Below are positions 9,626 through 19,784 of a DNA stretch of 54,659 nt, piece by piece; the stretch's first letter is position 1; each line of letters begins with the position of its first letter. The translations under genes and the position numbers were made by a program. The notes below the pieces were generated by a model, which ran no database searches, was not told the DNA's origin, and worked only from the letters and a program-made list of their open reading frames with translations. The DNA is from Cyanobacteria bacterium P01_D01_bin.156 (lineage in GTDB: Bacteria; Cyanobacteriota; Cyanobacteriia; Phormidesmidales; Phormidesmidaceae), in contig JBCCQQ010000045.1 in NCBI GenBank assembly GCA_039024555.1, positions 1-54,659 on the forward strand. Direction: 5' to 3'.

Positions 9626-11728
9626 TCAGACCTTTGCATATTCTCCGGTGAGCTTGTTGAGCTGTTTGACTAACAGACTTAGAAACAGGCCGACATCGGT
9701 GACTACGCCAATGGATTCTAATGAGCCGCGATCGCTAAGTTTAGTCACGACCGCCGGATTAATATCCACACAGACCATTTTCACGCCAGCGGGGGTCATA
9801 TTGCCGACACCGATGGAATGCAGCATGGTAGAAAGCATGAGGATTAGGTCCGCCCCTTCTATAAGCCGGGCATAGTCGGCCTGGGCCTGGAGCAAATCCA
9901 TTTGGGTGTCGGGCAATGGACCATCGTCACGAATGGACCCGGCCAAGGAAAAGAGCACATTGTTTTTGACGCATTCATACATGACGCCGCTGGCCAAAAT
10001 TCCCTGGTCTACCGCATTGGCGATGCTGCCGCAGCGACGAATGGCGTTGATAGCCTTTAGGTGATGGCGGTGACCACCGTGGACAGAAACGCCCCGCTTC
10101 ATATCCATACCCAGGGATGTCCCCATCAAGGCCTGCTCAATGTCGTGAACTGCGATCGCATTGCCCCCCAACAGACCATGGATGTACCCTCCACGAATCA
10201 GCGTTTGCAGGTGCTCACTCCCACCGGTATGAATTACCACAGGGCCTGCTGTAACAACCGCTTTGCCGCCCTGATCACGAATACGGCGCAGATCCCAAGC
10301 GATTTGTTCCACCACCAGTTCCACGCGCCGCTCACTGGAGACACCTGCCCCCATAAAGCTAAATTCTTCTGAGGATTTTTGTTTGAGGGTAGTGGCCACA
10401 CGTTTCGTGCGAATGCCTTCACTGCCCACAACCACCGATTCTCCTAGCTGCAGATCCCGTAGCAGCTTACAGCGAGCCACTGGACCATCCGGTGTGTGGG
10501 TTACAGCAATAGCCCCATCCATCCGCTGGGCCTGGACCCGAATCCATTGGCCATTCACCAGCACTTCCGTTGGGTAAATGGCAGTCACATAGAAATCATC
10601 CGGTGCCACCCCTGCCTGGGTTATGGGCTCCAAATGGGCATTGGTCGCCGTGTCTGAGCTGATAACGGCCCCCAGATCCACCAGCTGACCCATGATGTCT
10701 TCAATCACATCGGCATCTGGAGCAGATACTTTGACCTCTGCCATGGACATATCCTGCCGCTGTTCACCCAGGTCAAAGTTCAATACCTGGAAACTACCAC
10801 CGCCGGACACAATGGTATCCAAGGCGCGATTAACCAGTCCCGAATCCAATAGATGCCCCTCCAGATGGACAATCCGACTTTGAATAGAAGATGCCTTTGG
10901 AGACGCTTGCCGAGACTCCGTCACCCGCAGCGTTAAACACTTGGCGGCCCCACCCGCTTTCAAAAATTCGGTCAGTGGGGTTTCCATGACGGTAAAGCCG
11001 CGTGATGATAGGGCCTTTTGTAAACCATCGCTAGCGCTGTTCATCACAATGGTTTGACCTACATTCACCGCATTGCAGGCGAAGTTCACCGCATCCACTT
11101 CATCGACCGCAATGCGCTTTTCTGCTGGAATGCGACGTTCAATTAAGTGATTGGAATAGGTATCAAAGGCAGGGGGATAGTACAGCAAGTCCCCATTGGT
11201 CAGAGGACAGAAACAGGTATCTAAATGGTAAAAACGTCGGTCAATTAGCCGCAGAGATAGAACTTCCACATCTAACCACTGTGCTAAGTACGGATGGGAG
11301 TCTAGTTCAGAACGGAACCCGTATCCGGCCCAGAGACAGCCGCTGGCCCGATCCAATAGAGCATCGCCAGCACCCTCAAACGGCAAACTCTTGGGCAATA
11401 CATGTACGGTGAATCCGTTATCTTCAAACCATTTTTGGAAGTGGGGTTCTTCCCCTTGCCGTTCGGCATGGAAAAAGCGGCTGAGCACCACGGTGTCATC
11501 TAGCACTAATCCAGCATTGGCAGTAAAGACCATGTCGGGCCATCCGGGCTGGGGCTCCACGAGTTCTACGATGGCCTGGTCTTTGAGAATGTGATGCAGA
11601 CCCTGCCACTGTTCCTGGGCGAGATCGCGAGATGAGCGATGGATATTGCCCTCCATCCAAGGATTGATTACGTAATCTACGTCGTAGTGCTGCGGAGCAC
11701 ACATCAAAATTCGTACAGACTCTGTCAT
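9626..11728 (-). CDS. argZ: Arginine dihydrolase / ornithine cyclodeaminase (ArgZ/AgrE, TIGR00300 family)
   Basis: N-terminal amidinotransferase fold (YVINPWM, PDMVFTAN, FEGAGD, YHLDTC, GGAAKC) fused to GHLLDSG and GSIRDDGPLP/HSIGVGN domains. Start placed at MTESVR (11728). Confidence 0.9.
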   Translation of the reverse strand: MTESVRILMCAPQHYDVDYVINPWMEGNIHRSSRDLAQEQWQGLHHILKDQAIVELVEPQPGWPDMVFTANAGLVLDDTVVLSRFFHAERQGEEPHFQKWFEDNGFTVHVLPKSLPFEGAGDALLDRASGCLWAGYGFRSELDSHPYLAQWLDVEVLSLRLIDRRFYHLDTCFCPLTNGDLLYYPPAFDTYSNHLIERRIPAEKRIAVDEVDAVNFACNAVNVGQTIVMNSASDGLQKALSSRGFTVMETPLTEFLKAGGAAKCLTLRVTESRQASPKASSIQSRIVHLEGHLLDSGLVNRALDTIVSGGGSFQVLNFDLGEQRQDMSMAEVKVSAPDADVIEDIMGQLVDLGAVISSDTATNAHLEPITQAGVAPDDFYVTAIYPTEVLVNGQWIRVQAQRMDGAIAVTHTPDGPVARCKLLRDLQLGESVVVGSEGIRTKRVATTLKQKSSEEFSFMGAGVSSERRVELVVEQIAWDLRRIRDQGGKAVVTAGPVVIHTGGSEHLQTLIRGGYIHGLLGGNAIAVHDIEQALMGTSLGMDMKRGVSVHGGHRHHLKAINAIRRCGSIANAVDQGILASGVMYECVKNNVLFSLAGSIRDDGPLPDTQMDLLQAQADYARLIEGADLILMLSTMLHSIGVGNMTPAGVKMVCVDINPAVVTKLSDRGSLESIGVVTDVGLFLSLLVKQLNKLTGEYAKV

Positions 11729-12173
11729 GACCAAACCTAATGAACCTAAGGGGTGAACTCCGGACAGTCTCAATGCTTTATGAAATCAAGACTGAACATC
11801 CAATTATCATCGATTCGGGAAGCACAACAATTTTTTTGTCCTGAAGTGTATTTGGGATCTCCTAAAACGGCTCTAAAAGTCACCAAACCATAACTTTTGT
11901 CCCGTTTAGTATGGCTCTCTATGCAAAAAGTGCATGACAGGTAAAAACAACTTTGAACGCTATGAGATTGTTTTATAGAGACATCGCGATTAAGCCAACG
12001 AAATTTTCCTAACTTCAGAAAGCTGAAAGTTGTTTTTAGAATGCTTCTTATGCAAAAAACGCATTGATTTTGCCGAACAACTATAGTGAACTCAGACCTG
12101 TTTAAATAAAACAGCTCAGGCATTCCAAGTAGCGATATTTACCTTGCTAAAAAGGAGCGGAATCGCTAAAAAA

Positions 12174-12407
12174 CTACTCTGTGACACTCGCCGTTGGCTT
12201 ATTGAGATTAGCCTTGCCGACATTAAATGAAATGGCAAAGGGACTGTCCGTTTTCATCGATGCTTTTCTGATTTCTAAACCAATCACCTGACCGTCTTCG
12301 TCATAGTCAAGTACTAATCCAGGGGAGATTTGTGTGGTTTCTTCAATAACAGCAGTGACAAGAGCAATCTGTAGAATGTCCTGCTCTGGATCGTAAATGA
12401 CTTTCAT
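12174..12407 (-). CDS. DUF2283-like small protein
   Basis: MKVIYDPEQDIL...LVLDYDEDGQVIGLEI pattern. Confidence 0.85.
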   Translation of the reverse strand: MKVIYDPEQDILQIALVTAVIEETTQISPGLVLDYDEDGQVIGLEIRKASMKTDSPFAISFNVGKANLNKPTASVTE

Positions 12408-12584
12408 AAAAGGGGGTCCTTGTTTCCAGTGACGGATGATTCCATTGGGTAACCTGCGCTACCTAATGGGCCGTGGTTCTGCGCTCTCGATTATAAACAG
12501 CCATGAGGCGGGTTAATAACGACGCAATATTTTCTGCAGGATTGGCAACAGCATGGATAACTTGCTGTTAAGGCTTAATATTCG

Positions 12585-12878
12585 TCAATAAAGTGAGGAT
12601 GGACCCAATTGAGTGAGATTTCTAATTGCATCTGGCAAGTTCGTTAATTGATTCTCGTAGAGGTTTAGTACTTCTAATTGAGTGAGATTTGTAATCACAT
12701 CTAGGAACTTCGCTAATTGCTTGTCAGAGAGAGCAAGCTTTTCCAACTGCGTAAGCTGACCAATCGACTCAGGCACCTCCGTCAACGCCAGATTACTTAA
12801 ATCCAGCTCCGTCGCCCCTTCCTGGCGAGCCACCTCAATCCGCCGTTCTGCTTCCCGATAGCCTTCCTCTGGCGTCAT
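12585..12878 (-). pseudogene. Short leucine-rich-repeat ORF, probably a truncated remnant
   Basis: Cap AERRIEVARQEGATELDLS plus about three 23-aa LRRs, ending abruptly after NLTQL. Confidence 0.6.
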
Positions 12879-12975
12879 CCTTGCTCACCCAATCGTTTGC
12901 CGCCTCCGTTATAGCAAATCCATCAGCGCCCTTCACCACCCATATTCAATCCGTCCCAAACCAACCATCTCCAGC

Positions 12976-13836
12976 CTAATTCAGTGCGTTCTGTCCCGTC
13001 CGCGCATAGTGAATCCTCAGCTTTAACCCCAAAGTCACCTGCTTCATAGTCCAATAGAGCAACGTCAGTACAACAAAAGAAAAGCAAATAACCGCCACCG
13101 GTCGCTTAGACGTCAGCGTGTTCAGAGTCGTCATCAGCACACTAGACGGATCAACAACAATATCCCAGCTATTCAGTCGAATAAACCGCCCCAGATAAAC
13201 ACCAAAGGCACATAAAGCATGAATACTAATCTCAACCGGCCAAGTTAGCGCCTGTAATCCCTTTTGTTGCAGATAGAAATTCACATTTAAGAGAGAAATC
13301 ACATAGGCTTCAAACCCAACAATAATGGCCGCCACATGTAGCGGAATAAATATAAAAGCAACCACCCAAATCCTTATGGTTCCAGCACTAGTGCCACGAA
13401 TCAGGTGCAGAATATCGGTCAAAACGTACGGTGCATTGGGTAAAAATGCAATAAATGCCACCAGACCTATCCACCACAGCCATAGCTTCCGTGTATGGGA
13501 CTGGTTAAATAGCCAAACACTAATGCCAAGGGCAATGACCATTACTCCAGCTAGCCAAAGGAGTTGAAGCAAAGTGCCAGGATCACTCGCCTGGATATCG
13601 CCGACCACACTAAAAGCAAACCGTTTAAGTCTAGGCAGCCTAGACTCCAAGCCCAGAATACCGATGAAAGCAGTGGCAAAACACGCTACTGCAAACCAAA
13701 AAGGCGGCAGTGCCTTACGACGAAATAGCTTAAAGCTAAGCAGCATTGGAATAAAGGCTAGAAATAAGTTCCACCAGATCCAGCCACTGTAAAAGTTATT
13801 GAGTCCCTCGTAAATATCAACAATGATCCACCGCAT
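12976..13836 (-). CDS. DUF1361 membrane protein
   Basis: WNLFLAFIP, FLPNAPYVLTDILH, GVYLGRFIRLNSWD motifs. Confidence 0.88.
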   Translation of the reverse strand: MRWIIVDIYEGLNNFYSGWIWWNLFLAFIPMLLSFKLFRRKALPPFWFAVACFATAFIGILGLESRLPRLKRFAFSVVGDIQASDPGTLLQLLWLAGVMVIALGISVWLFNQSHTRKLWLWWIGLVAFIAFLPNAPYVLTDILHLIRGTSAGTIRIWVVAFIFIPLHVAAIIVGFEAYVISLLNVNFYLQQKGLQALTWPVEISIHALCAFGVYLGRFIRLNSWDIVVDPSSVLMTTLNTLTSKRPVAVICFSFVVLTLLYWTMKQVTLGLKLRIHYARTGQNALN

Positions 13837-13892
13837 AAGTTGATTAACCCCATATCAAACATTACAGTTCTACGAACTCCCAGGGGTTAATT

Positions 13893-14393
13893 TCAGGATG
13901 GACTTTCATTCTCTTCCTCACAGGCTCCGATACTTACCCAGCTGGTAGACCCATCTTGCCAGATCTCTTTTTTCCAAATTGGGGCATTGTGTTTCAGCGT
14001 ATCAATGGCATATTTACAAGCTGCAAAGGCCTCTGATCGATGGGGACAGCCTACGGCTACCAGTACACTAATCTCTCCTACCGTTAGCTTGCCAGTACGA
14101 TGATGCATCACCACATGGGTGACTTCTGGCCACTGTTGCCGGATCTCTGCTCCAATTTGTCTAAACACTGCAATTGCCATTGGTTCATAGGCTTGATACT
14201 CCAGTGCAACAACAGCTTTTCCCTCGGTGTTGTTGCGTACCATTCCGCTCATAACAACAATTGCACCATTGGCTCCATCATCTGCTGCGCGATACACCTC
14301 TTCTAACACCAGCGGAGCAAATGTGATAGCAAAACTATCAGCCTGATTGGATTGGGTCTGAACATCAATGTCAAAAGGAAGGCCAACAGTCAT
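13893..14393 (-). CDS. moaE: Molybdopterin synthase catalytic subunit
   Basis: GAIVVMSGMVR, LEYQAY, HRTGKL, PHRSEAF, LKHNAPIWKKE. Confidence 0.95.
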   Translation of the reverse strand: MTVGLPFDIDVQTQSNQADSFAITFAPLVLEEVYRAADDGANGAIVVMSGMVRNNTEGKAVVALEYQAYEPMAIAVFRQIGAEIRQQWPEVTHVVMHHRTGKLTVGEISVLVAVGCPHRSEAFAACKYAIDTLKHNAPIWKKEIWQDGSTSWVSIGACEEENESPS

Positions 14394-14579
14394 GGGTGTG
14401 CGTATTGAAAGACAGATGCGAAAAATAGGACCCAGGTATTGTAGAAATTACCTTAGTCATTGCAAAACATTATAAGTACTGGCAACTCCGAGAACCTGCA
14501 AGGGAAAATTGATCACAGAGCAGAATTGCCTGCTGCTGCTGTTCAATTACGGAGCTGCTAACCATTGGGTACAAGCACT

Positions 14580-14861
14580 ATGAGTTCTGGGATTTTTGCT
14601 GTAGCAACCATCGGGAAATATCGCTTATACGTTGGTGAAACCCATCAACTCAAGCCTCGATGGGCTAAAATGCTGGCATTGTTTGCAAAGGGTGCTTTCC
14701 CCTCTGAAAAGTTGCAAAAAGCATGGCAAGAATCCAATGAGGAACGGAAGTTTACGTTTCATACTGCCGAACAAATATCAGCAGATAAGCATCTGTTTGG
14801 CTACCGTCAATTTCTGAGGGATACAGGCTCTGAAAATAATGAAATAAATGAGTCTGACTAA
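14580..14861 (+). CDS. GIY-YIG-like small protein
   Basis: SGIF...LYVGET...RW and KLQKAW pattern; ATG at 14580. Confidence 0.6.
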   Translation: MSSGIFAVATIGKYRLYVGETHQLKPRWAKMLALFAKGAFPSEKLQKAWQESNEERKFTFHTAEQISADKHLFGYRQFLRDTGSENNEINESD

Positions 14862-14869
14862 AGGCTATC

Positions 14870-15889
14870 TCATTTCACACCATCAATTAGGTATAGCAAA
14901 GCCATGCGAGTCGCAACACCGCTGGTTACCTGGGCAGAGACCAAGCTCAACTCAGGATCGTCCATGAGGTCTGAGGTAAGTTCCACTCCTCGGTTTGTAG
15001 GGCCGGGGTGCATAATTTTTACCGTGGGTTTACATGCCTGCAGTCGTTGTCGGGTAATGCCAAATTGCTGATGGTATTCACGCAAGCTGGGCAGTAAATG
15101 TTCACTCATACGTTCGTGTTGCAGGCGTAGTGTCATCACATAATCGGCATCTTCTAAAGCGGGGGCTAACTGCCAGTGAAGATATAGCTTTCGTTCTAAA
15201 GTGAGATTCTCACTTTGCTGGATTGTGACGGGTTTGCTAAAGGCATCCAGAAAATACTTTGGTAGTAACGTCGGTGGAGCCGCTAGATGCACCTCCGCAC
15301 CACAGGCTGTCAGACTCCAAATATTAGAGCGGGCTACCCGTGAATGTAGAATATCGCCCACGATGGTGACTTTTTTACCCTTTAGATGGTCAATGTGGGG
15401 GTGGTCATGGTCAAGCGTGGTGCAGATGGTAAACAAATCTAGCAGTGCCTGGGATGGATGGGCATGTTGACCATCGCCAGCGTTGAGAATCCCCACACCC
15501 GAGTTAATGCGATCCATCTCTTGGGCAATGATGGTCGGTACTCCAGCCTGTTGGTGACGAATCACCATGAGGTTGGTCCCCATGGCAAGATAGGTTTTGG
15601 CAGTATCTAGAATGGTTTCACCTTTTTTGAGGGATGAACTACCAGGAGAAAAATTGAGAGTATCGGCAGACAGTCGCTTGGCGGCTAGTTCAAAGCTGCT
15701 GCGGGTACGGGTAGATGGTTCAAAAAATAGATTGGTGATTACCTGTCCCTGGAGAGCTGGGACTTTTTTAGTGCGTCGGGAAAGGACTTCACGAAAACTC
15801 GTCGCTGTTTGCACAATGGTTTGATACTCATTGGGCGTGAAGTCTTCTAACGAAATAATGTGGCGACGACTCCAAGTATTGTCCGCCAT
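14870..15889 (-). CDS. pyrB: Aspartate carbamoyltransferase catalytic subunit
   Basis: [42 protein letters not shown]. Confidence 0.97.
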   Translation of the reverse strand: MADNTWSRRHIISLEDFTPNEYQTIVQTATSFREVLSRRTKKVPALQGQVITNLFFEPSTRTRSSFELAAKRLSADTLNFSPGSSSLKKGETILDTAKTYLAMGTNLMVIRHQQAGVPTIIAQEMDRINSGVGILNAGDGQHAHPSQALLDLFTICTTLDHDHPHIDHLKGKKVTIVGDILHSRVARSNIWSLTACGAEVHLAAPPTLLPKYFLDAFSKPVTIQQSENLTLERKLYLHWQLAPALEDADYVMTLRLQHERMSEHLLPSLREYHQQFGITRQRLQACKPTVKIMHPGPTNRGVELTSDLMDDPELSLVSAQVTSGVATRMALLYLIDGVK

Positions 15890-16104
15890 AAATGAGTTAA
15901 CAAGGTTTTAGAACGGTGTTGCTAATGTTGAGAATGCTTGAAGGATTTAGGTTGTAGGCCATGCTTACGGAGCTAATCCATTCTTCATGGTTGCAACGAC
16001 AGAATAGCCAAAGGCTGAAGTTAAGTAAACTGTCACAATTTAGAGACACTTAGCTACGTCAGTTTGTAGGATATGGGCATAAATCCTACTTAGTATTTCA
16101 TCCG

Positions 16105-16677
16105 ATGGTTCGGTTCCCAAAGATATTGTTAGGTTTATTTGTAGCGATTGGTCTAACCGTTGCAGGTTGTAATGGTTCGGCACCGACGGAGGTGACTGAA
16201 CAACCTGCTCAAGAATCAGCTGAATTGCCCGCGACAGACGATGCACCTGCCGAGCCTGAGGAAAAGGCTGCAGTTGATGTGCCAACTGCTCAGCCTAATG
16301 CTACGCCTGAATCTTCAGAGAAAACGCCTAAGACAGTGCCAGTTTCCATTTACGTGATGGATGATAGCTGCAGTAAGTTTGAGTCTGAGTCGGTGGAGGT
16401 GCCTGCCGATACGGCTATGACCGAAGCCATTGGTAAGGTGCTAGAACGTCATAAGTTTGCATCGTTTACGTTATCTGGCTATCGGGTCAATGTTGAAAAC
16501 AATAAAGCGACGGTCGATTTGCGATTGTCAGAAGAGTCTGAGCGGCAATTTTTATCGCTGTCTAGCTGCGAGCAACAGGGGTTATTTGGCGGTTTAGAGG
16601 AAACGTTGATTCAGCATCCTGATTGGCAAGTGGATCAGGTTGAATTTACCAATCGAGGAAAAGAAATCGTGCTCTAG
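16105..16677 (+). CDS. Lipoprotein with GerMN-like domain
   Basis: Lipobox VAGC, acidic Pro-rich linker, GYRV...ATVDLR...SLSSCEQ. Confidence 0.75.
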   Translation: MVRFPKILLGLFVAIGLTVAGCNGSAPTEVTEQPAQESAELPATDDAPAEPEEKAAVDVPTAQPNATPESSEKTPKTVPVSIYVMDDSCSKFESESVEVPADTAMTEAIGKVLERHKFASFTLSGYRVNVENNKATVDLRLSEESERQFLSLSSCEQQGLFGGLEETLIQHPDWQVDQVEFTNRGKEIVL

Positions 16678-16730
16678 GATGAGCATAGTGCTCTAGGATG
16701 AGCAATTTCTCCTCTATCGTGGCAATGTGA

Positions 16731-17345
16731 TTAAGGTTTCGAAACGCTGGGGTGTCCCTTCAGGTACCATCTCCAAGGCTTTTCAGCAGCTTTGGAGATG
16801 CCAATGCGAGTAGTTTGTACGAGGGTATGGTCTCCCTGATCCAGCTTGCTCTGAAAATCCTTAGAACGATGTTTCAACCAGAGCTGGTTTTGAGGCGTGA
16901 GGGCCAGCCCATTGTGCCGACGGTCGATGTTCAGAGTGCGGCAGAGTTTTCCAGGACCTGCGGCTACTCGATGTCCCTGGCGGGTGTATTTGATGTCTAA
17001 ATCCTTGGGTAACTGTGACAATGCTACGGCGCGCACCAGTACGGCGCTACCTGTGTCCCTGGCTTCGGTGACCACATTAAAGCAGTGATACATGCCATAG
17101 ATAAAGTAGACATAGCTGTGGCCAGGGGGGCCAAACATAGCTGTATTGCTTGGGGTTTTGCCGCGATAGGCATGGCAAGCAGGATCGTTAGGACAGTAGG
17201 CTTCAGTTTCAATGATTAATCCCTGCAGGGTTTCGCCATTGAGCTGACGAACGAGGGTACATCCTACTAGGTCAGAGGCTACATCTAGGGTATTGCGATC
17301 GCACCAGTCTGCAGAAATGATCAAGGTCAGTCGGTAATATTGCAA
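16731..17345 (-). CDS. mpg: DNA-3-methyladenine glycosylase (MPG family); start uncertain
   Basis: IIETEAY, DPACHAY, YVYFIYGMYHCFN, GPGKLC, RIGI. Confidence 0.93.
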   Translation of the reverse strand: MQYYRLTLIISADWCDRNTLDVASDLVGCTLVRQLNGETLQGLIIETEAYCPNDPACHAYRGKTPSNTAMFGPPGHSYVYFIYGMYHCFNVVTEARDTGSAVLVRAVALSQLPKDLDIKYTRQGHRVAAGPGKLCRTLNIDRRHNGLALTPQNQLWLKHRSKDFQSKLDQGDHTLVQTTRIGISKAAEKPWRWYLKGHPSVSKP

Positions 17346-17485
17346 TAAATGACAGTTATGTAACAGTCCTGGTGTCTATGATTGCATTTCTAAATCAACT
17401 TGCTACGATTCAGTAACTGGTTGGGACAGACCCATCGCAGCTCATTGCAACATTTCTAGAACCCTTACCTAAGGAATTAGCACCT

Positions 17486-17608
17486 GTGGATATTAAAGCG
17501 ATTTTGCCCGTCCTAGCTATTGTTTTTTCTGTAGCCTGTCTGTTTTTTGGCACCCAGAACGGATTTTACGATTCTGATGATTACCATGGAAATGGATCTG
17601 CCCATTAG
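17486..17608 (+). CDS. ndhP: NDH-1 subunit P (40 aa)
   Basis: GTG start after AAGGA; MDIKAILPVLAIVFSVACLFFGTQNGFYDSDDYHGNGSAH, matching the recalled NdhP C-terminus. Too short for the ORF track. Confidence 0.93.
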   Translation: MDIKAILPVLAIVFSVACLFFGTQNGFYDSDDYHGNGSAH

Positions 17609-17634
17609 CGGATTGGGCGCAACATTCGTTTGAG

Positions 17635-19320
17635 TTGATGGGGGTTGGCACGGTTTTACCACCAGTGGGATCGGCAGAGGTCGCCGATGAAGGGACTGTC
17701 GTCTGTTATCCCTATGGTGTTGGTCATGGTAGTGAGGGTATTAGTTTAGGTCTGGCCATTGGTCCTTATCGCATTTTGTTGGACTGTGGCTTAAGCGACT
17801 TCACCCCTCTCAATAGTGGTCCCCCGCCAGACTTCGTATTTTGTAGTCACGCTCACTTTGAGCACAATCAAGGATTAGGGCATCTGCATCGGTGCTGGCC
17901 CCAAGTTCCTATCTATGCCACCCCTGCCACTGCGACGCTACTAGCGGATCAAGACTTCGCTCAGTCTGTTCAAGGGGTGTCCTGGCGCATGCCGGTAGAG
18001 GTAGCTGCTAATTTGACCCTGGAACTTTGGCCCGCTGGCCACCTGCCGGGGGCTGCCTGTGCCCTGATTACCTACCGGCAAGGGCCTAAGACATACCGAA
18101 TCTTTTATACCGGAGACTGCTTTCTTTCAAGCACTCGTTTAGTTGAAGGGATGCCGCTATCAGCATTACGGGGGTTAAATCCTGATGTGCTAATTGTGGA
18201 GGGTTCCCTGGGAGCAAACCGTTACCCAAACCGACGTCAGCAAGAAAATCAGCTCATTGAACAGCTGCGATCGCATCTAGCAAAGTCCCGGTGTGTGGTG
18301 TTTCCTGTACCTATGGTTGGGCTGGGTCAGGAGCTCTTGATGCTATGGCGTAGCCATTACCAATTTACCGGCCAGCCGCTAACAATTTGGGTGGACCCGA
18401 TTTTAGCCCGCAGTTGTGATGCCTATCTTGCTTTATTAGCGCAACAGCCTGAAGCCTTTCCCCGCACGGTGCAAAACTTTGCGCAGCACCAATCGATTTT
18501 TTGGGATGAGCGTATTAATCCCACCATTAAGCGGCTTCCTAACGACTTTTCTAGGGCAGGTGTTGATTCGATTGAAGCTCCATCGGTCGTCCTTGTTCAT
18601 CCGGCCACCCCTATTGATCTGTACAGTCAAAGATATCGAGGCTCTTGGAGTGTCTTCTTGTCAGAACAAGCCAACTTGCGAGCCTGGCAAACCCAGATTG
18701 ATCAATACGGCCCAGGCTATGACTGGCTAGACAGTTTTAAAAATGCCACCAGTTCAGGCACGCTGGAGTTGGAAACGTATCAGCTCTACAGTCATTGCGA
18801 CGGTGACGGTACCACGCAACTCATTCATAACCTGCGCCCCCGCCACGTGGTGTTAGTCCATGGCCAGTTAGAACGACTCAGTGATCTAGCCAACCTAGAA
18901 TCTTTGCAAAGTCGCTATCAGGTCCATATTCCGTTGGTGGGGAATCCACTGTCGCTCTTTTTGGACTCTCAGTTCGCTGTCGTGCCTCCTCCCCAAGAGG
19001 TCACGTTTGAGGGCACAGTCAATGATGCTCCTGAGCAAGTGTCCATCCAGCTACCACCGACGGTGACTACTGATGCGCGTTGGCAAAATTTTGCTGAAAC
19101 GGGCATTATTGAAGCTCGCTGGCAGGGGGAAAACCTAGTGTTGCGCGGTGTGGAGCCATCGGAAGTGATGGCGATTACCAATCGTTTGGCCCCTAATCGG
19201 GCTGTGTGTGATAACTGTCAGTTTTATCAACAGCGTAGCTGTCAACAATCCCGGTCTTCATTATTTGGCAAGGTTGTTGCTCCAGATGGGTATTGTCCAG
19301 AGTTCTTGCCCCGAAATTAA
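17635..19320 (+). CDS. MBL-fold / beta-CASP family hydrolase
   Basis: ILLDCG, SHAHFEH, PAGHLPGA, YTGD, LIVEG, SHCD, VVLVHG; Cys-rich C-terminus. Confidence 0.85.
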   Translation: MMGVGTVLPPVGSAEVADEGTVVCYPYGVGHGSEGISLGLAIGPYRILLDCGLSDFTPLNSGPPPDFVFCSHAHFEHNQGLGHLHRCWPQVPIYATPATATLLADQDFAQSVQGVSWRMPVEVAANLTLELWPAGHLPGAACALITYRQGPKTYRIFYTGDCFLSSTRLVEGMPLSALRGLNPDVLIVEGSLGANRYPNRRQQENQLIEQLRSHLAKSRCVVFPVPMVGLGQELLMLWRSHYQFTGQPLTIWVDPILARSCDAYLALLAQQPEAFPRTVQNFAQHQSIFWDERINPTIKRLPNDFSRAGVDSIEAPSVVLVHPATPIDLYSQRYRGSWSVFLSEQANLRAWQTQIDQYGPGYDWLDSFKNATSSGTLELETYQLYSHCDGDGTTQLIHNLRPRHVVLVHGQLERLSDLANLESLQSRYQVHIPLVGNPLSLFLDSQFAVVPPPQEVTFEGTVNDAPEQVSIQLPPTVTTDARWQNFAETGIIEARWQGENLVLRGVEPSEVMAITNRLAPNRAVCDNCQFYQQRSCQQSRSSLFGKVVAPDGYCPEFLPRN

Positions 19321-19374
19321 GGGGGCTTACGTCCGCCTTCTCAATGTTCCGCCTTCTTAATGTGTAGAGTCCCT

Positions 19375-19662
19375 CTAATCGGTAATTTGTTCAGAGGTAG
19401 GGCAATCGTCTGAGATGGTGATATCGGTGTCTCCCTTGGGGACCGTGGCTAGTTTTTGTTGGATTGCACCAATACTTTCTAGCCGTACCATTTCTTCCCA
19501 AGCACACCGTTCATCATCCTCTTCGGTTTCGTAGCGCAGGGTTACCAGATCTCCTTCAATGTTCAAAATTTTGGCTCGTTCAATCCAGCGATGCTGATCC
19601 CTCAAAAATACCCATACCTCACGACCGTCGCAGGAAAGTTGGTATATTTTGCGATGTAGCAT
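19375..19662 (-). CDS. Conserved cyanobacterial hypothetical protein (DUF6679-like)
   Basis: MLHRKIYQL...FLRDQ...WEEMVRLESIG; family name recalled, not searched. Confidence 0.75.
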   Translation of the reverse strand: MLHRKIYQLSCDGREVWVFLRDQHRWIERAKILNIEGDLVTLRYETEEDDERCAWEEMVRLESIGAIQQKLATVPKGDTDITISDDCPTSEQITD

Positions 19663-19784
19663 AAAAATCTACCCGTTATTAGGCGACCATGTGGCACCAT
19701 AACCACAACTTCATTCAGCTTAAGGGAGGTGCACAGACTTTGACTACCCAGAGATGTACCCTCAGACGGTGACGGAGATCAATT

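Noticed and set aside
11770..12123. 117-aa ORF upstream of argZ
   Set aside because: Atypical composition and no motif; more likely argZ promoter/leader sequence.
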